A stretch of DNA of 53,964 nucleotides from a virus. Its lineage: Duplodnaviria > Caudoviricetes. A program made the position numbers and the translations under genes. Below the pieces are notes generated by a model. It ran no database searches. It was not told the DNA's origin and saw nothing but the letters and a program-made list of their open reading frames with translations. How positions within the stretch are numbered: the stretch's first letter is position 1; every line of letters begins with the position of its first letter. This document shows positions 37,781 through 45,950 of the stretch, in pieces. The stretch is taken from IMG/VR virus record IMGVR_UViG_3300048853_000042, positions 1-53,964 of that record; one strand, written 5' to 3'.

Positions 37781-38134
37781 TCACGCCGCCATCCCCTCTT
37801 CGCATACCTGGATAATGACGACGCACTCGGCCGGAAGATCGCTGTCCCAGCACATGGTCAAGCGTTCGCAGAGGTTGTCGTTCTTGATGACGCCGTAGTG
37901 CTGCAGGCAGTCGAGGATTGCCTTTGAGCGATTGTCGATGTCCTGCCGCATGTTCTGACGGCGCAGGGCGACGTGCAGCGCGAAAGGCTGATCGATCGCC
38001 TGCTTCGGGGCCTTGATGAAATAGCCGGCATCGTTCCTCCACTTCTTGTACGTGGGGGACAGGCGACGCGTCTTACCCCAGCCGTCGTAGAGATCCCAGC
38101 CGCTCGGCGGATATGGCAGGTGAAGCTTGATCAT
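37781..38134 (-). CDS. rusA: RusA-like Holliday junction resolvase
   Basis: LPYPPS, DIDNRSKAILDCL, IKNDN. Confidence 0.88.
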   Translation of the reverse strand: MIKLHLPYPPSGWDLYDGWGKTRRLSPTYKKWRNDAGYFIKAPKQAIDQPFALHVALRRQNMRQDIDNRSKAILDCLQHYGVIKNDNLCERLTMCWDSDLPAECVVIIQVCEEGMAA

Positions 38135-38271
38135 GCCGCGCCCCCGGTCAGGAATGACAAAGGTCGAACGCGCAACCCCTTGAATCCACAAGCCAAAGGC
38201 AACAAATCAGCAGCGGGCGCTGGTCCGCAGCGCCTTCCTTGTTGAACACCGTTGTATTCAGTGAGGCTGAA

Positions 38272-38574
38272 ATGAACTCGAAGATGTTTGCTCGACCGGT
38301 TTACCTGAAGGAGAAAAAGGACCTGATCAGAGAGATTACGAGCCTGTATGATGCTATCGAGTTTCTTGAGGAGTGGCCGGAGCGCGACCGCGACATCGTG
38401 CACGACGCCACCCTGAAGACTTGCTACATGGCCCACGACGGCCACAAGCCCATCCAGGTTGCGCGGGATGCCATCCGATCCTTCGGAAAGAAAAAGGGCA
38501 TCCTCGTCAAAGCACCTGCAGTTCTTCCTTGGATGATCAAAGCGAACTCCGGCAGCGGACGCGTGTCTGCCTAA
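38272..38574 (+). CDS. DUF982 family protein (moron)
   Basis: FARPV...DAIEFLEEWP...ARDAIRSFGKKKGIL. Confidence 0.85.
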   Translation: MNSKMFARPVYLKEKKDLIREITSLYDAIEFLEEWPERDRDIVHDATLKTCYMAHDGHKPIQVARDAIRSFGKKKGILVKAPAVLPWMIKANSGSGRVSA

Positions 38575-38651
38575 GATACCGGTCGACGATGAGAGGCTGC
38601 GGTTGCGGCCTCTCTGTTCCCAGCCCTGCTGGTATGGGAGGTGGAGTTTGA

Positions 38652-39221
38652 TCATGCTGCCACCTCATTGAACTTGGTGACCTCGTTGCCGAACGCATGC
38701 CAGCCGGGGCGGCTCTCTCGAGCAAACACGTCGGCGCGCCGCGCGTGCGGCATCACGCGGTCGCATAGGTCATAGAATTCGTCTGGCTTGCGGCTGTGCT
38801 CGCGGGCGATGCCGTCGAATATGGTCGGTGGAGCAAACGCCTGCTTTGGATTCCCCAGCGTTGCCACGATGACGATTTCACCGGTGGTGCGGACGCGGTA
38901 CCCAGGGCCCATGCGGACTTTGCCGCTCCGCGTCGTCTTGCGCCACACGAGATAGGACTTGTACTGAAAGCCCCATCTCCGGACGGCTTCAAGGGCACGG
39001 TCGAGGCGTGGCGCTGTAGACCATGCCAGCAACAGTGAATTCATGGAGGCGAGCTGACCGACCGGCAAGGAGTAGATCTCCTCATCGGTCATCGTGTCGT
39101 AGTGCGCGTGTTGAGACTTCCCCAATCCCTTTTCGGAATAGGCTTCGTGATCCCACGGGCAATCGATGACGATCATCTCGTAGTGGAGCGGGAGAAGCGG
39201 GTCGAAGAACCAATCAGTCAT
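38652..39221 (-). CDS. MT-A70 family adenine methyltransferase (DCPW instead of DPPW)
   Basis: IDCPW, HYDTM, WGFQY, REHSRKP, VFAR, FGNE. Confidence 0.9.
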   Translation of the reverse strand: MTDWFFDPLLPLHYEMIVIDCPWDHEAYSEKGLGKSQHAHYDTMTDEEIYSLPVGQLASMNSLLLAWSTAPRLDRALEAVRRWGFQYKSYLVWRKTTRSGKVRMGPGYRVRTTGEIVIVATLGNPKQAFAPPTIFDGIAREHSRKPDEFYDLCDRVMPHARRADVFARESRPGWHAFGNEVTKFNEVAA

Positions 39222-39289
39222 GCTTCACCTCCCGAACGCTGGAACAAACGCTGCCCAGTATCGGTTGCGCGAGCAAAGAGGAGGCCAGA

Positions 39290-39475
39290 ATGCCTAAGAC
39301 GCCTATCCCGACGCCCAATGACCCTGAATTCCCGCCAGACATGCCGCCGGATGTGCCGCCAGATCTGCCGGAGCCACCGATCGAAGAGCCAGAGCCCGAC
39401 GTAGGCCCGGACGAGGCACCACCGGACATCGATCCGGTGCCCGGCAAGGAGGTCCCGCGGAGAATGAGCAAGTGA
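39290..39475 (+). CDS. Pro/Asp/Glu-rich 61-aa small protein (moron)
   Basis: GAGGAGG RBS; GGAAC-N17-GGTT at 39241-39266. Confidence 0.72.
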   Translation: MPKTPIPTPNDPEFPPDMPPDVPPDLPEPPIEEPEPDVGPDEAPPDIDPVPGKEVPRRMSK

Positions 39476-39477
39476 GG

Positions 39478-39687
39478 TCATGCCGCGCTCCCTGCCTGAT
39501 CTCTGCGATCAAGCGCCTTCAGGTACGCGCCGCGGATCTCTTCGAACCGAGCGATGTCGTATTCCTTGGTCTCGATCTCCATTTCTGGACGAGGCCTCTT
39601 CGAACGGCGGCCGTGGTCAGCCAGCGAGGTCTGGGCACTGGAAATGCGGCGGTCGAGCCATGCGATCATTTCGGCGGGGTCGCTCAT
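39478..39687 (-). CDS. Hypothetical phage protein
   Basis: AAGGAGG RBS; 69 aa. Confidence 0.7.
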   Translation of the reverse strand: MSDPAEMIAWLDRRISSAQTSLADHGRRSKRPRPEMEIETKEYDIARFEEIRGAYLKALDRRDQAGSAA

Positions 39688-39755
39688 GCGGCCTCCTTAA
39701 CCGTTAAGGAAGGAGAGCAAGGTATAAGGGAGCACCAAGCGAGAGGGAGGATCGA

Positions 39756-40595
39756 ATGCCGTTCATAGTTGGCCAGATTTACAACCGCGTCGCGGATATC
39801 CACGGCGTCTACAACGGACAACAGCGCAGCGGCATCATCACTCCCGCCAACACCCCCGTCATTTTCATCATAAGCGGGGAGGAAGGACGCCAGCATGGTT
39901 ACGCCGATCGATGGAGAGACGACGGCGTTTTCGAATATTTTGGCCAGGGCCAGGTAGGTCCGATGGAAATGAAGTCGGGGAACCGAGCGATCGTTGAATC
40001 TTGGAAAAACGGCGAAGCTATCCACCTGTTCACGTCGGTGCCCGGCGGGCTTCGCTATGACGGTGAAATGGTTTACGAGCGTCACCATTACGAGCGCGCG
40101 CCAGATCGCAATGACGAGATGCGAGATGCAATCGTTTTCGAATTGCGCCGCGTAGTAGACGTCGTCGTCAATATCGAACACGTGGAACCGGTTCTGCCGA
40201 ATGCCGAAGTAGATATTGAAGAGCTGCGCCGCCGAGCATTCGAGGCCGCAGAGCCAACTCCGGAACGCGTTCCTGTAGAGCGCAGTGTCTTCGCCCGGAG
40301 CCGCGACGTTCGAGACTACGTCTTGGCTCGCGCCAGAGGCCAGTGCGAGCACTGCCGGCGTCCAGGCCCTTTTGAACGCGCTAACGGCAGCCTCTATATC
40401 GAATGCCACCACGTGCACCGTCTGTCCGACGGCGGCCCCGACAGCCCTTGCAACGTGATCGGAGTATGTCCCGACTGCCACCGGCATGCTCATTTTGGCC
40501 TCGACCGAGTTGACTTCAACCAGCGCCTGATCGAACGGTTGCGAGAGGTAGAGCCGCACCGCAGAAGACCGCGGCTCGGGCAACGCGCAGCTTAG
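39756..40595 (+). CDS. SRA-like plus HNH endonuclease (putative modification-dependent, type IV restriction)
   Basis: SRA-like GIITP...YADRW...FEYFGQGQVGPM...GNRAI; HNH CEHC...ECHHV...NVIGVCPDCHR. Confidence 0.85.
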   Translation: MPFIVGQIYNRVADIHGVYNGQQRSGIITPANTPVIFIISGEEGRQHGYADRWRDDGVFEYFGQGQVGPMEMKSGNRAIVESWKNGEAIHLFTSVPGGLRYDGEMVYERHHYERAPDRNDEMRDAIVFELRRVVDVVVNIEHVEPVLPNAEVDIEELRRRAFEAAEPTPERVPVERSVFARSRDVRDYVLARARGQCEHCRRPGPFERANGSLYIECHHVHRLSDGGPDSPCNVIGVCPDCHRHAHFGLDRVDFNQRLIERLREVEPHRRRPRLGQRAA

Positions 40596-40629
40596 AAAAG
40601 CAAAAGGTCTCGGACGTCTCATCGGAGGC

Positions 40630-41847
40630 TCACATCAATAGGGGTTGAACGGATCCGTCAGCGAAGATGGCATCCATGGGAGTGTCGGCGGTAGGTTCAT
40701 CCCCGGCCCAGCCATTAGGCCAAGTGCCGAGAGCGATCAGCTCGCGGATACGCGCCTCTTCTTCGGCGTTAATCAGATCGACTTCGGGCCGCCGAAGTTG
40801 ACGGGCAGATAGATTGATCTCGGACTGGATCGACAAGATGCGATCGAGCGCCATCAGCCTGGCTTCAAAGGTGAGCGGACCCATGCGCTGCTTGTTTTTG
40901 GCCGTCGCGATATCGCCGTTGGCGTCTATGCCAGTCTTCTTGAGTCGGTTCTTAGGCTCTCGCAGTTCGCGGTAGAGAGGCTTCAGGCCGAAGAGCGGCG
41001 AGATGTATGACCAATAGGGCACGCGGACGACCGTCTCGAGGCCGAGGTCACGAGCAGCCAGAGGGCAGCCGTTGCACCCGGTGCGGGCGTTAATCTCCTG
41101 CGCCTCGTCACCACCATAGGCGTCGACGACTGCTGCTGTGTCCCACGCGCCGTACTCTTCCAGGCAGGCATAGATCTTGAGCCAGTCAAAGACGTTGCAG
41201 ACGCGCCAGTGCAAGATCGGCGCAAGCGTAGCGATCCTGCCACGGATGCCCTTCGCCTCCGGAACAACTTGCTGGTACCAGCCCTGCCCGCACTCGGCGC
41301 CATCCTTTCCGCACGACATCGCGATGCGACCGTCACGGATCGCGCTTTCGCCTTGGCGCACGCCGGTGATCATGAGGATGGAGCCGTCGAGTTCGTTGAT
41401 GCGCCGCTCTAGTGCGGCCGTCATCGGGTCGACCTTGATCTGTCGCGTGCACCAACGGAACGTGTTGTTGTTCGGCGGCGGAACGCCCCGCCCTAGCATG
41501 TAGACGAGGAACCGCTGGTCCATAGGAGCGCAGACGGTCTCGCAATGAATGCCGCGGGCACGCAACCGATCGAGCAGACGGGCTGCTGCAATCGCTAGCG
41601 GCGGGAGCTCCATCCTGGTGTCGGCGTAGAGGACCGTGATCGACTTGGGCGCGACGAGGCGGCCAGCATCAATCAGGTGGATGATGACGGTCAGCGTTGC
41701 GGTGCTGTCCTTGCCGCCCGAGAACGCAAACACCCAATGATCGTGCGACGATCCGTAGGCCTGCATCGACTGAAGCGTCATTTGGACCGCCTCGTCATAG
41801 ACAAGACGCGAGCCTCCGCCAAACAATGTGGGTTGGTGCGCGTTCAT
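40630..41847 (-). CDS. PAPS-reductase family, DndC-like protein
   Basis: FSGGKDS, RWCTRQIK, GVRQGES, RTGCNGCP, GPLTFEAR. Confidence 0.88.
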   Translation of the reverse strand: MNAHQPTLFGGGSRLVYDEAVQMTLQSMQAYGSSHDHWVFAFSGGKDSTATLTVIIHLIDAGRLVAPKSITVLYADTRMELPPLAIAAARLLDRLRARGIHCETVCAPMDQRFLVYMLGRGVPPPNNNTFRWCTRQIKVDPMTAALERRINELDGSILMITGVRQGESAIRDGRIAMSCGKDGAECGQGWYQQVVPEAKGIRGRIATLAPILHWRVCNVFDWLKIYACLEEYGAWDTAAVVDAYGGDEAQEINARTGCNGCPLAARDLGLETVVRVPYWSYISPLFGLKPLYRELREPKNRLKKTGIDANGDIATAKNKQRMGPLTFEARLMALDRILSIQSEINLSARQLRRPEVDLINAEEEARIRELIALGTWPNGWAGDEPTADTPMDAIFADGSVQPLLM

Positions 41848-41880
41848 TTCCCGTCTGTCCCCGTCTCTTCCTCTCGCAGC

Positions 41881-42291
41881 TCAGGCGCGATTGCGAATGC
41901 CAAGCGCCGAGCGAACCGCAGCAACGATCGAGCGAACGAGATGCGCATCCTCGCCACCAAGGAGGGCTGTGGCCCTTGCGATTGCATCGTCATTCTTCCG
42001 CACCTCCTGCCGTGCCTGGTAGATAAGCCCGCTCACCGCTTCGATGCGGAACAGCTCTTCAGGCTTGATGGAAATTCGGGGATCCGCGTACCAAGCGTCT
42101 CTGGTGCGCGTGTAAGACCAGCCTAGAGAACGGGCTGCCGTTGCGATGCGTGTCTGGACGCTGCCGACAGACGGAGGTGCTATCTCCCTCCGCAGTGCGT
42201 GCTGACAAAATGCGATCGTGGACATTTCTGATTTCTCCGACGACTTCTCGGACATTTCCGACAACTCCTGTGCGACCTTCATCCCGTTCAA
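41881..42291 (-). CDS. CII-like transcription regulator
   Basis: HTH-like AARSLGWSYTRTRDAWY in the CII position; start uncertain. Confidence 0.6.
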   Translation of the reverse strand: MNGMKVAQELSEMSEKSSEKSEMSTIAFCQHALRREIAPPSVGSVQTRIATAARSLGWSYTRTRDAWYADPRISIKPEELFRIEAVSGLIYQARQEVRKNDDAIARATALLGGEDAHLVRSIVAAVRSALGIRNRA

Positions 42292-42324
42292 GGAGACGCG
42301 TGATGCGCACAGGCATTACTTCCG

Positions 42325-42580
42325 ATGGAGAGGACGGCGCCGTTGGCGCGGCTGCCAGTCCCTCCCAGGTCATTCCGTTTCGCAGGACCACCGCCGCAAC
42401 GTCCGGTCCTGCCGCCGGTGACGCGCCCTCGTCGTCACCGGCAATTCCCCTTGGTGAGCTTGTGAACGCCGTAGTGTTGAGGCTCTCGAACAAGCGCATC
42501 CGGTTGAAAGTCTTGCGGGCCTCCGGCTTGGGAGGAGGAGAAGACAGAGGCCCGCGATAGCCGGGGAGGTAGCCGGCTAG
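42325..42580 (-). ncRNA. Hairpin array with anti-SD loops (cuckoo/alpha-r14-like)
   Basis: TAGCCGG-CTACCTCC-CCGGCTA; GCGGGCCTC..CTCCTCCTCCC..GAGGCCCGC; three further stems. Confidence 0.55.
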
Positions 42581-42587
42581 TTCGTTT

Positions 42588-42791
42588 TCAGAAGCGACCG
42601 TCGCGGACGTCCGCCAGGATCAGGGCGGCCAATTCGTCATCAGTCATTTTCAGGAATTTGTTCTCAGCGATCAGGTCGCGGCGCTCGGCAGCGAGCCGCC
42701 CGATCTTGTCGCAGGCCGCGTTGAAGATCTTCGCGCCGACGACGGCGAGGCCGATGGAAGCACCACAGACAAGCAAGGTATTCATCATCAT
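42588..42791 (-). CDS. Small membrane-anchored hypothetical protein
   Basis: ATGA-coupled; N-terminal TM. Confidence 0.65.
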   Translation of the reverse strand: MMMNTLLVCGASIGLAVVGAKIFNAACDKIGRLAAERRDLIAENKFLKMTDDELAALILADVRDGRF

Positions 42792-42928
42792 GCAGCCCTC
42801 TTCTGATCTGAGTTTGGATTGGACGGAGCGGCGCGGCTCACCTGGGCGCGATGGAAATCGACCCTGCCCTCAATGGTTCTTTGCGCTGCCGCGTCTTCTG
42901 ATCGGGATGTCCGGAGGTATTCGCTCAT
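42788..42928 (-). CDS. Small hypothetical protein
   Basis: GGAGG RBS; ATGA overlaps at both ends. Confidence 0.55.
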   Translation of the reverse strand: MSEYLRTSRSEDAAAQRTIEGRVDFHRAQVSRAAPSNPNSDQKRAA

Positions 42929-43671
42929 GCGACTTCCTCCGCCTGCTCGCGCTTGCGCATGGCAACGGTGCAGGCATGACAATGCTTGTCGCCATAGCCG
43001 CCGCAGTTCTCACCTGGGTTCAGGCAGTGCGGCCTCAAAAGGTATTTCGGTTTGTCGGTGAAAGCGGATGCCGAAGTGTTCAGAGGGGCATCCGCTTCTT
43101 TGACGTTTGCGGCGGTGTTGTCGTCTACATCTTCGCCTCCTGCGTTGGCGCCTGCGAGAGTGTCCGCCGCCTCGCGGTCGGTCTCGCGCACGTCGCTGGG
43201 TACCTCGGCTTCACCTTGAGAGGCCGCGGCGTTTTCCTGTTGTTCCTCACGGGCAATCATGATGTCGACGGCGGCGATCAGTGCCTTGCGGCCGACTTCC
43301 GTCTGCACGCCGGCAGCAATCGTCTCGACGAGCTTGGCCCTGACATCCGCCTCGATGATCTCGCCCGTGGTCGGGTCAAATTTCTCAATGTTTTCTACGT
43401 GTGCGCGCGGCGCACGAGTGATCTCTTCGAAAACCTCGTCGATCAACTCGTCCTTTTCGATCAGCGCGTCCTTGTCCTTGACGGCGGCACGGCGGCGTTT
43501 GATAGCGGCCTTCACGGCCTCGATCTCAGCCTTGACATTCGCCTTGGCGACCCCAGCGGCAATCATCTGGTCTCGGTAAGCGTCGAAGGCATCGCGCTTG
43601 CTATCGTTGTAAGCCTTGATGGCCTCGTCGATCTGGTCGATTTCGTCAGCCAGTCCCTTGCGCGTGATCAT
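42925..43671 (-). CDS. GapR/DUF2312-like DNA-binding protein with C-terminal Cys motif
   Basis: Coiled N-terminus IDEAIKAYNDSKRDAF..AVKAAIKRRR; KFDPTTGEI; C..C..HCHAC. Confidence 0.6.
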   Translation of the reverse strand: MITRKGLADEIDQIDEAIKAYNDSKRDAFDAYRDQMIAAGVAKANVKAEIEAVKAAIKRRRAAVKDKDALIEKDELIDEVFEEITRAPRAHVENIEKFDPTTGEIIEADVRAKLVETIAAGVQTEVGRKALIAAVDIMIAREEQQENAAASQGEAEVPSDVRETDREAADTLAGANAGGEDVDDNTAANVKEADAPLNTSASAFTDKPKYLLRPHCLNPGENCGGYGDKHCHACTVAMRKREQAEEVA

Positions 43672-44234
43672 TGGAAGCTCTCCATGGGAATGTGCTGCCA
43701 TGTTTTTCCGCGCGCGATGCTGATGACGGTTGCACGGTGCAGCCCGTACCGCTCCTCAAGCTCAGATACTTTTCGTGCGCCGCGGCTGTTCTTGATGGCG
43801 CGGTACTCGCGCCGGATATCGACGACGTCGCGCTCGGTGATCTTCGCCTTTGGGTTCCTCTCCCCGACCGAGGGGGCGGTGCCATGAACGAGCATGTCAG
43901 CGTGGTTCTCTGCCCTGGTGGCCCAACGGAGTTCGCTGTAATGCGCGCAGGCCCGAGACCCGTTGCGGTGTGCTACCTCGTGAGCCTCGGTGGGCGCTGG
44001 TCCGATGAAGGCCTCTGCGACGAGACGATAGGCTGTGGCGTTAGCTTGGCTCCCATCGGGAAGCTTGAAGGCGTAACGAAGGTATCCGTCAGCATCGATG
44101 TATCCGCGAGGGCGATCGCCAACTTTGCGATGTGGGGCAGCAACGATCCTTCGCAGGTCGCCCCACTCCGAAATCTCAAACTCAGGGAAGCGAGCGCAAA
44201 CGCGCCATTCCATCGCGTATGCGTCGGAGGTCAT
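43668..44234 (-). CDS. HNH homing-type endonuclease (NUMOD4-like N-terminus)
   Basis: RLVAEAFIGP, VAHRNG, LRWATRAENHAD. Confidence 0.88.
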   Translation of the reverse strand: MTSDAYAMEWRVCARFPEFEISEWGDLRRIVAAPHRKVGDRPRGYIDADGYLRYAFKLPDGSQANATAYRLVAEAFIGPAPTEAHEVAHRNGSRACAHYSELRWATRAENHADMLVHGTAPSVGERNPKAKITERDVVDIRREYRAIKNSRGARKVSELEERYGLHRATVISIARGKTWQHIPMESFQ

Positions 44235-44401
44235 CTTCCGCCCTCCGCCATACGGATGAATTCAAGGATCGCTGCCCGACGGGCGCGCCAATCGACTGAA
44301 CGGGAGACCACATGCCGCTGACTGATGAGAAGATCAGGTCCAAGCCGGGACTTGACGGTTTCGCCGCCGTTTTCGGTCTCCGCTTCACGGTCCTGCATCA
44401 T
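44231..44401 (-). CDS. Small hypothetical protein
   Basis: ATGA-coupled to cro and to the HNH gene. Confidence 0.55.
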   Translation of the reverse strand: MMQDREAETENGGETVKSRLGPDLLISQRHVVSRSVDWRARRAAILEFIRMAEGGR

Positions 44402-44634
44402 GCCGACGCCCTTTCCCGTGCAGCTCGCTGGGAGGCCAGCCACTCAAAGGTGACACCCTTAATCTTCCGTCTCTGGCTGGCAGACACGACGCTGATCCAG
44501 TACTTCGGGTTGATGCTCTCCCGCAGGCGCATCTGACGTGCCGCCTCGTATCCGCAGCCTACGTCGTCGGCGAATTCACCGATCGTCGGCCACTTGTTGA
44601 TCAGGTCTGAAATGGAAGTCGGTGCGTTGCTCAT
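44398..44634 (-). CDS. cro: Cro-like repressor (probably leaderless)
   Basis: HTH FADDVGCGYEAARQM..RESI; divergent from cI. Confidence 0.85.
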   Translation of the reverse strand: MSNAPTSISDLINKWPTIGEFADDVGCGYEAARQMRLRESINPKYWISVVSASQRRKIKGVTFEWLASQRAARERASA

Positions 44635-44642
44635 GGGCTCAA

Positions 44643-44715
44643 CGTACAAAACGTACGGTGAGAAAACAAGTCTAAATCGTACACATTGCACGAAGGAAAC
44701 CGGGCATAATGTACG
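44643..44715. promoter_or_regulatory. OR operators and divergent PR/PRM promoters
   Basis: Three CGTACA-N3-TGTACG-like sites at 44643, 44678 and 44701; TTGTTT-N17-TACGTT on -; CATAAT on +. Confidence 0.8.
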
Positions 44716-44716
44716 A

Positions 44717-45394
44717 ATGGGGACACCGAAGGACAGATTGAGGCAAGCGAGACAGGCCGCCGGCTTTGCAACGCCGACGGAGGCTGCCCGCGCGCATCCG
44801 CGAGAAATCAACGTCAACACATTGATCAGCAACGAAAACGGGAACCGCGACATCTCGCGCAAGGCGGCGGAGAAGTATGCTAAACTTTTTGGGGTGGAGG
44901 CAGGCTGGATACTCTACGGCGAAGGCGGGGTGGATGCCGTCGCGCCCAAGCAGCCGCATGAACCGGCTAATGCGATAGTAACCGGCGATATGATACAGAA
45001 GGGCCCGAAGATACCCCTTTATGGCGCTGCTGTCGGCGGCGATTATGGAGAATTCGAACTGAACGGTAATCGCCTCGACGACATTTTCGCGCCTCCCAGT
45101 CTTAGCGGAATACCGGAAGCCTTTGCCGTCCAGGTATCAGGGGATTCGATGTATCCTCGGTATGAGGACGGCGAAACGGTCTACGTCAATCCGCGGCGCC
45201 GGCCGGTGAAGGGCGACTATGTCGTTGCCGAAATCCAGACGGAGGAGCACGGACCAAAGCTTGCCTACATCAAGAAGCTCGTGCGCCATACGCAAAGCGA
45301 GTTGATCCTTGAACAATTTAATCCAGCCAAGCAGATCCGGTTCGATGGCCGGCAGGTCCATACCGTTCACTACGTGCTGAAAAGTGGCGAGTGA
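44717..45394 (+). CDS. cI: CI-like repressor (HTH plus S24 autopeptidase)
   Basis: RLRQARQAAG HTH; AVGG cleavage region; VSGDSMYP; IKKL. Confidence 0.93.
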   Translation: MGTPKDRLRQARQAAGFATPTEAARAHPREINVNTLISNENGNRDISRKAAEKYAKLFGVEAGWILYGEGGVDAVAPKQPHEPANAIVTGDMIQKGPKIPLYGAAVGGDYGEFELNGNRLDDIFAPPSLSGIPEAFAVQVSGDSMYPRYEDGETVYVNPRRRPVKGDYVVAEIQTEEHGPKLAYIKKLVRHTQSELILEQFNPAKQIRFDGRQVHTVHYVLKSGE

Positions 45395-45430
45395 GGCTGC
45401 GCTATCCTGCCAATCACACGAGCGTAACAT

Positions 45431-45446
45431 TTAATCCCTTGTTAAC
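45431..45446. promoter_or_regulatory. Consensus CtrA box
   Basis: TTAA-TCCCTTG-TTAAC about 20 bp upstream of the toxin ATG. Confidence 0.65.
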
Positions 45447-45464
45447 CCAAACTTGTTGACTTAT

Positions 45465-45950
45465 ATGGCAACACTTGATGAACTAGTCGATCTGGGAGTA
45501 TTGCGTCGACAACGGATCGACCTGGGGCGCAAGGACTTTCCTGACCGGAAGCTCTATGTGACACCAGAGTTCCGAGAGTGGCTAAACAAGGTGGTTATGC
45601 AGGCCGATCCCTTCTACAAAACGAATGCAAGACCGCGATACCAAGCGCATGACCTCATCAAGGCATTCATCACGGGAAGGCCGTTCCTAGAAAATAGATT
45701 GTTCAAGCGGATGAGCCCGAACAGTGATGATGTCTATGAACTCAGGACCCCGGACCTGCGCTTCTTTGGATGGTTCCCTCACAAAGATTGCTTTGTTGCA
45801 GTGGTCGGGGACACTTTCGAGAGGCTTAAAGAGGAACCGAGCCTTTATGAAAAGCACCGCATTCATTGTGTCGCGTTCCGCAGAGAGATTGACTTAGATG
45901 AGCCCAAATACGAGGCAGGAGCAGGAGAACATGGCGTCATCTCATGCTGA
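45465..45950 (+). CDS. RelE/HigB-like toxin candidate
   Basis: FKRM..DDVYELRTPDLRFFGWF; precedes an HTH gene. Confidence 0.65.
   Translation: MATLDELVDLGVLRRQRIDLGRKDFPDRKLYVTPEFREWLNKVVMQADPFYKTNARPRYQAHDLIKAFITGRPFLENRLFKRMSPNSDDVYELRTPDLRFFGWFPHKDCFVAVVGDTFERLKEEPSLYEKHRIHCVAFRREIDLDEPKYEAGAGEHGVISC

Noticed and set aside
40630-41847. Complete Dnd/Ssp phosphorothioation system
   Set aside because: Only a DndC-like gene is present; no desulfurase, DndD ATPase or DndE/B
42303-42560. Plus-strand 85-aa ORF with an AGGAG RBS
   Set aside because: Low-complexity product that coincides with the hairpin array; not excluded but unsupported
42658-43887. Long ORFs such as 42658-43887, 33753-34670, 14090-15313, 36229-37380, 11241-12224, 25529-26503 and 39684-40622
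   Set aside because: Antisense shadows of well-supported genes in high-GC DNA, with no recognisable motifs
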